Source: Psammoneis japonica (Eukaryota). Taken from it: a stretch of 64,000 nucleotides of DNA. Shown in pieces: positions 61,979 to 64,000 of the stretch. The stretch lies in NCBI GenBank assembly GCA_008632985.1, contig QPGO01000008.1, forward strand, positions 662,979-726,978, written 5' to 3'. The notes under the pieces were generated by a model. The model worked only from the letters and a program-made list of their open reading frames with translations, did no database searches and was not told the DNA's origin. Every line of letters begins with the position of its first letter. Position 1 is the stretch's first letter. A program made the position numbers and the translations under genes.

Positions 61979-62290
61979 TGTGAATCAATGCGGCATCATC
62001 AGGATGAGAACCCATCAAGCAAGGGCACAGATTCCCAAGATGGGCCACGTGCGAACGAGCACGCTCCCCACTGCTCTGCGCGCGAAACACGATTGAGGTG
62101 TCAAAAGGACCGGTTCGGACACCGGTTCTCATATTTTTCACGGAAGGAACTCTTTTTTCTCGATCCTCTTCCAACCAAAACGCCCCGATGCAAACATCGG
62201 TCCCGGCGAACTTCCGTCAACATTGTCGTCATTAATTCATTCGTGCTGACTTCACAATGTTCCAAAAATATCCAAGAGAACGAAAACGAC

Positions 62291-63227
62291 ATGAAATCTG
62301 TCCACGGTGGTACAAAGAATCCTTCACTTGTCAAGTCGCGGTTGGCAGGCGCAAACGCAGCATTTGCCAACCTCGCGATCTTGTTTTTCATTCTGGTCGT
62401 GGCAGGAAATGAGTTTCGGTGGCTTTCTCGCGAGACAAGCCTACAATTCTGGACCGTTCTGCCTCTCATATTGCTCAAAATATGGATGTGCCATTGGCGA
62501 CAATGGGACTGGTTTCTATGGTTGAAGCTCTTTTCCGTAATACCCTGTGCCGTTGTTGCTATCGACTTGTCTCGATTTGGAGACTGGGACCAGCAAATCA
62601 TGCAGGTTGAATGGTTCACACTCCTTTCAATCAACATAATGGAGGCAGTCATCAAGGACCTTTGCTCGGACAATGCCAGAAGCATCTGGAGTCCAATGAA
62701 TGCGTTTGTTGGAATTTTTCTGATACTCACAGAACTCTCAAGTCTACACACTATCCGCATCAGTGAGAACGAAACTCACGACTTTCTTTGGACTTTCGGA
62801 ATTCCTTGGATACTTGGTAAGAGAACGAGGCGTATTGTTTTCAATCGGTGACATTCAGTACGTGCTTGCTGAACCATACCTTACTCCGCTCGCGACTCCG
62901 TGAACAGCTTACACCATCTGGAACTGGACTCTAGTCTATAACAACTACCCTTACGCCATCGGGCGCCATACAGCGCTGTTGCTCGCACCGGTCGTTTTAA
63001 GTCTGAATCATGGATGGGACGTGTGGTTTGAAACAAGGGTGTACACGTTAGCATTTTACGCCTTGCTTCGGAGTACATTCTACTATCGCTTTCGCCAGCT
63101 GATGGACGTGTCTGACCCTTTCCCATCTAGGCAGAGCAAACGCAATATCCAAGCCCTCGTCTTTTGTTGCAATTTGATTTTGTTGAGCGCTCTAATCGTC
63201 ACGAAAGGTTGGCAGTATCGTAGCTAA
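62291..63227 (+). CDS. Polytopic membrane protein (DUF5692-like); exons 62291-62816 and 62908-63227
   Basis: Several TM helices with WFLWLKLFSV, LSINIMEAV, NAFVG and WIL|AYTIWNW.LVY. Family assignment is from memory of these motifs. Confidence 0.65.
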
Positions 63228-63599
63228 TCTGTTTCTGATGGCGACAATTCCTTTGATCAAATGCTGAACGGATCCTCGTTTCAAGCATGGGAGTTAAAGA
63301 ACCCAATGTTAGGATAGTAAAGGACCCAGAATGCAATGTTGCTTCATGCTGCAGCCTCGTCTATCAGTGTTAACTAATTAAAGTATAGGTGTGCACGACC
63401 AAAATAGCAAGCGTCGTTTAGCGTTGTGAAGCTCCCGGCGTTGAACTTCCATGCCGGTCGATGGCTGCCAACCCTTGGTAACCACGGGAGAGTTTGAGGA
63501 CAAAACAACTTTGGAAAAGGTGGCACCTTGACTTTCTTGAACTCTTCATCACGGTGAAGCAGCCAACTAGATTGTTGGTCCTGGGCCACTCGATCTTTG

Positions 63600-64000
63600 A
63601 TTCTCTTCCAAAAAAAAAGGGTGTCAATCATGTCTTGCAGTCTTTGTTTGTCACTGTGCTTGCCAGCAGTTAGTTTTACATGAAAAATTGACTGACAAAA
63701 CCTGCAAAACACTGAACCTCAGGAGATTGTCTCAATTTGCTGAGGTGGCCAGATGATCACAAACACCATCAGCTGACTGTCAGCCAATTGCTGTCAACTC
63801 TCTCTCTCAGGTCCTGCAAGTGCCACATGCAACACTGTCAGATGACAACAGCCACACCACTCCTCCATCTTCCATGCCACTCACCCAAAGTGCAAAACAC
63901 AACAGCCACAGGTCTGAACTTGTGAGCATTTGCAAAGTGCAGTGAACAAACACAATTCTGATAAAATGTCCGCACCGCAACAAACCTGTGTCAAGATTCC
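63600..64000. other. Start of TpA/CpG-depleted domain 3 (continues beyond the window)
   Basis: After ~63600 only three TpA remain (TTAG, TTAC, ATAA) and only two CpG. TG/CA-rich like domains 1 and 2. Confidence 0.75.

Overview
Eukaryotic nuclear DNA, very likely from a diatom. It has short GT-AG introns, ASAF/AF-type bipartite plastid presequences and a fused plastid-type PDH E1 alpha-beta. Most of the window is gene-dense with about 24 genes: lipases, aminotransferase, SOUL, class II HDAC, proteasome alpha, Spt3-like, GDT1, two inverted PDH E1 copies, phosphatase, Kelch-RING, two trypsins, prolyl oligopeptidase, JmjC, RBR ligase and a RetSat-like oxidoreductase. The main result is three sharply bounded domains (~1190-3285, ~7425-17990, ~63600-end) where TpA is almost erased and CpG strongly depleted, both apparently replaced by TpG/CpA. 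Every TpA I found surviving inside them is in TTA or TAA. A Copia pol relic and an internal tandem duplication indicate the direction of change (Tyr TAY->TGY/CAY; Arg CGA->TGA/CAA; Pro CCG->CTG). This looks like a RIP-like, repeat-targeted hypermutation with an extra A:T->G:C arm at TpA, the reverse of fungal RIP. Secondary observations include a 9-nt intron slide between the trypsin paralogues, gene conversion between the inverted PDH copies, TAG/CTA-rich palindrome islands between genes and a triplicated gene 3' end. All counts were made by eye and no database searches were run.
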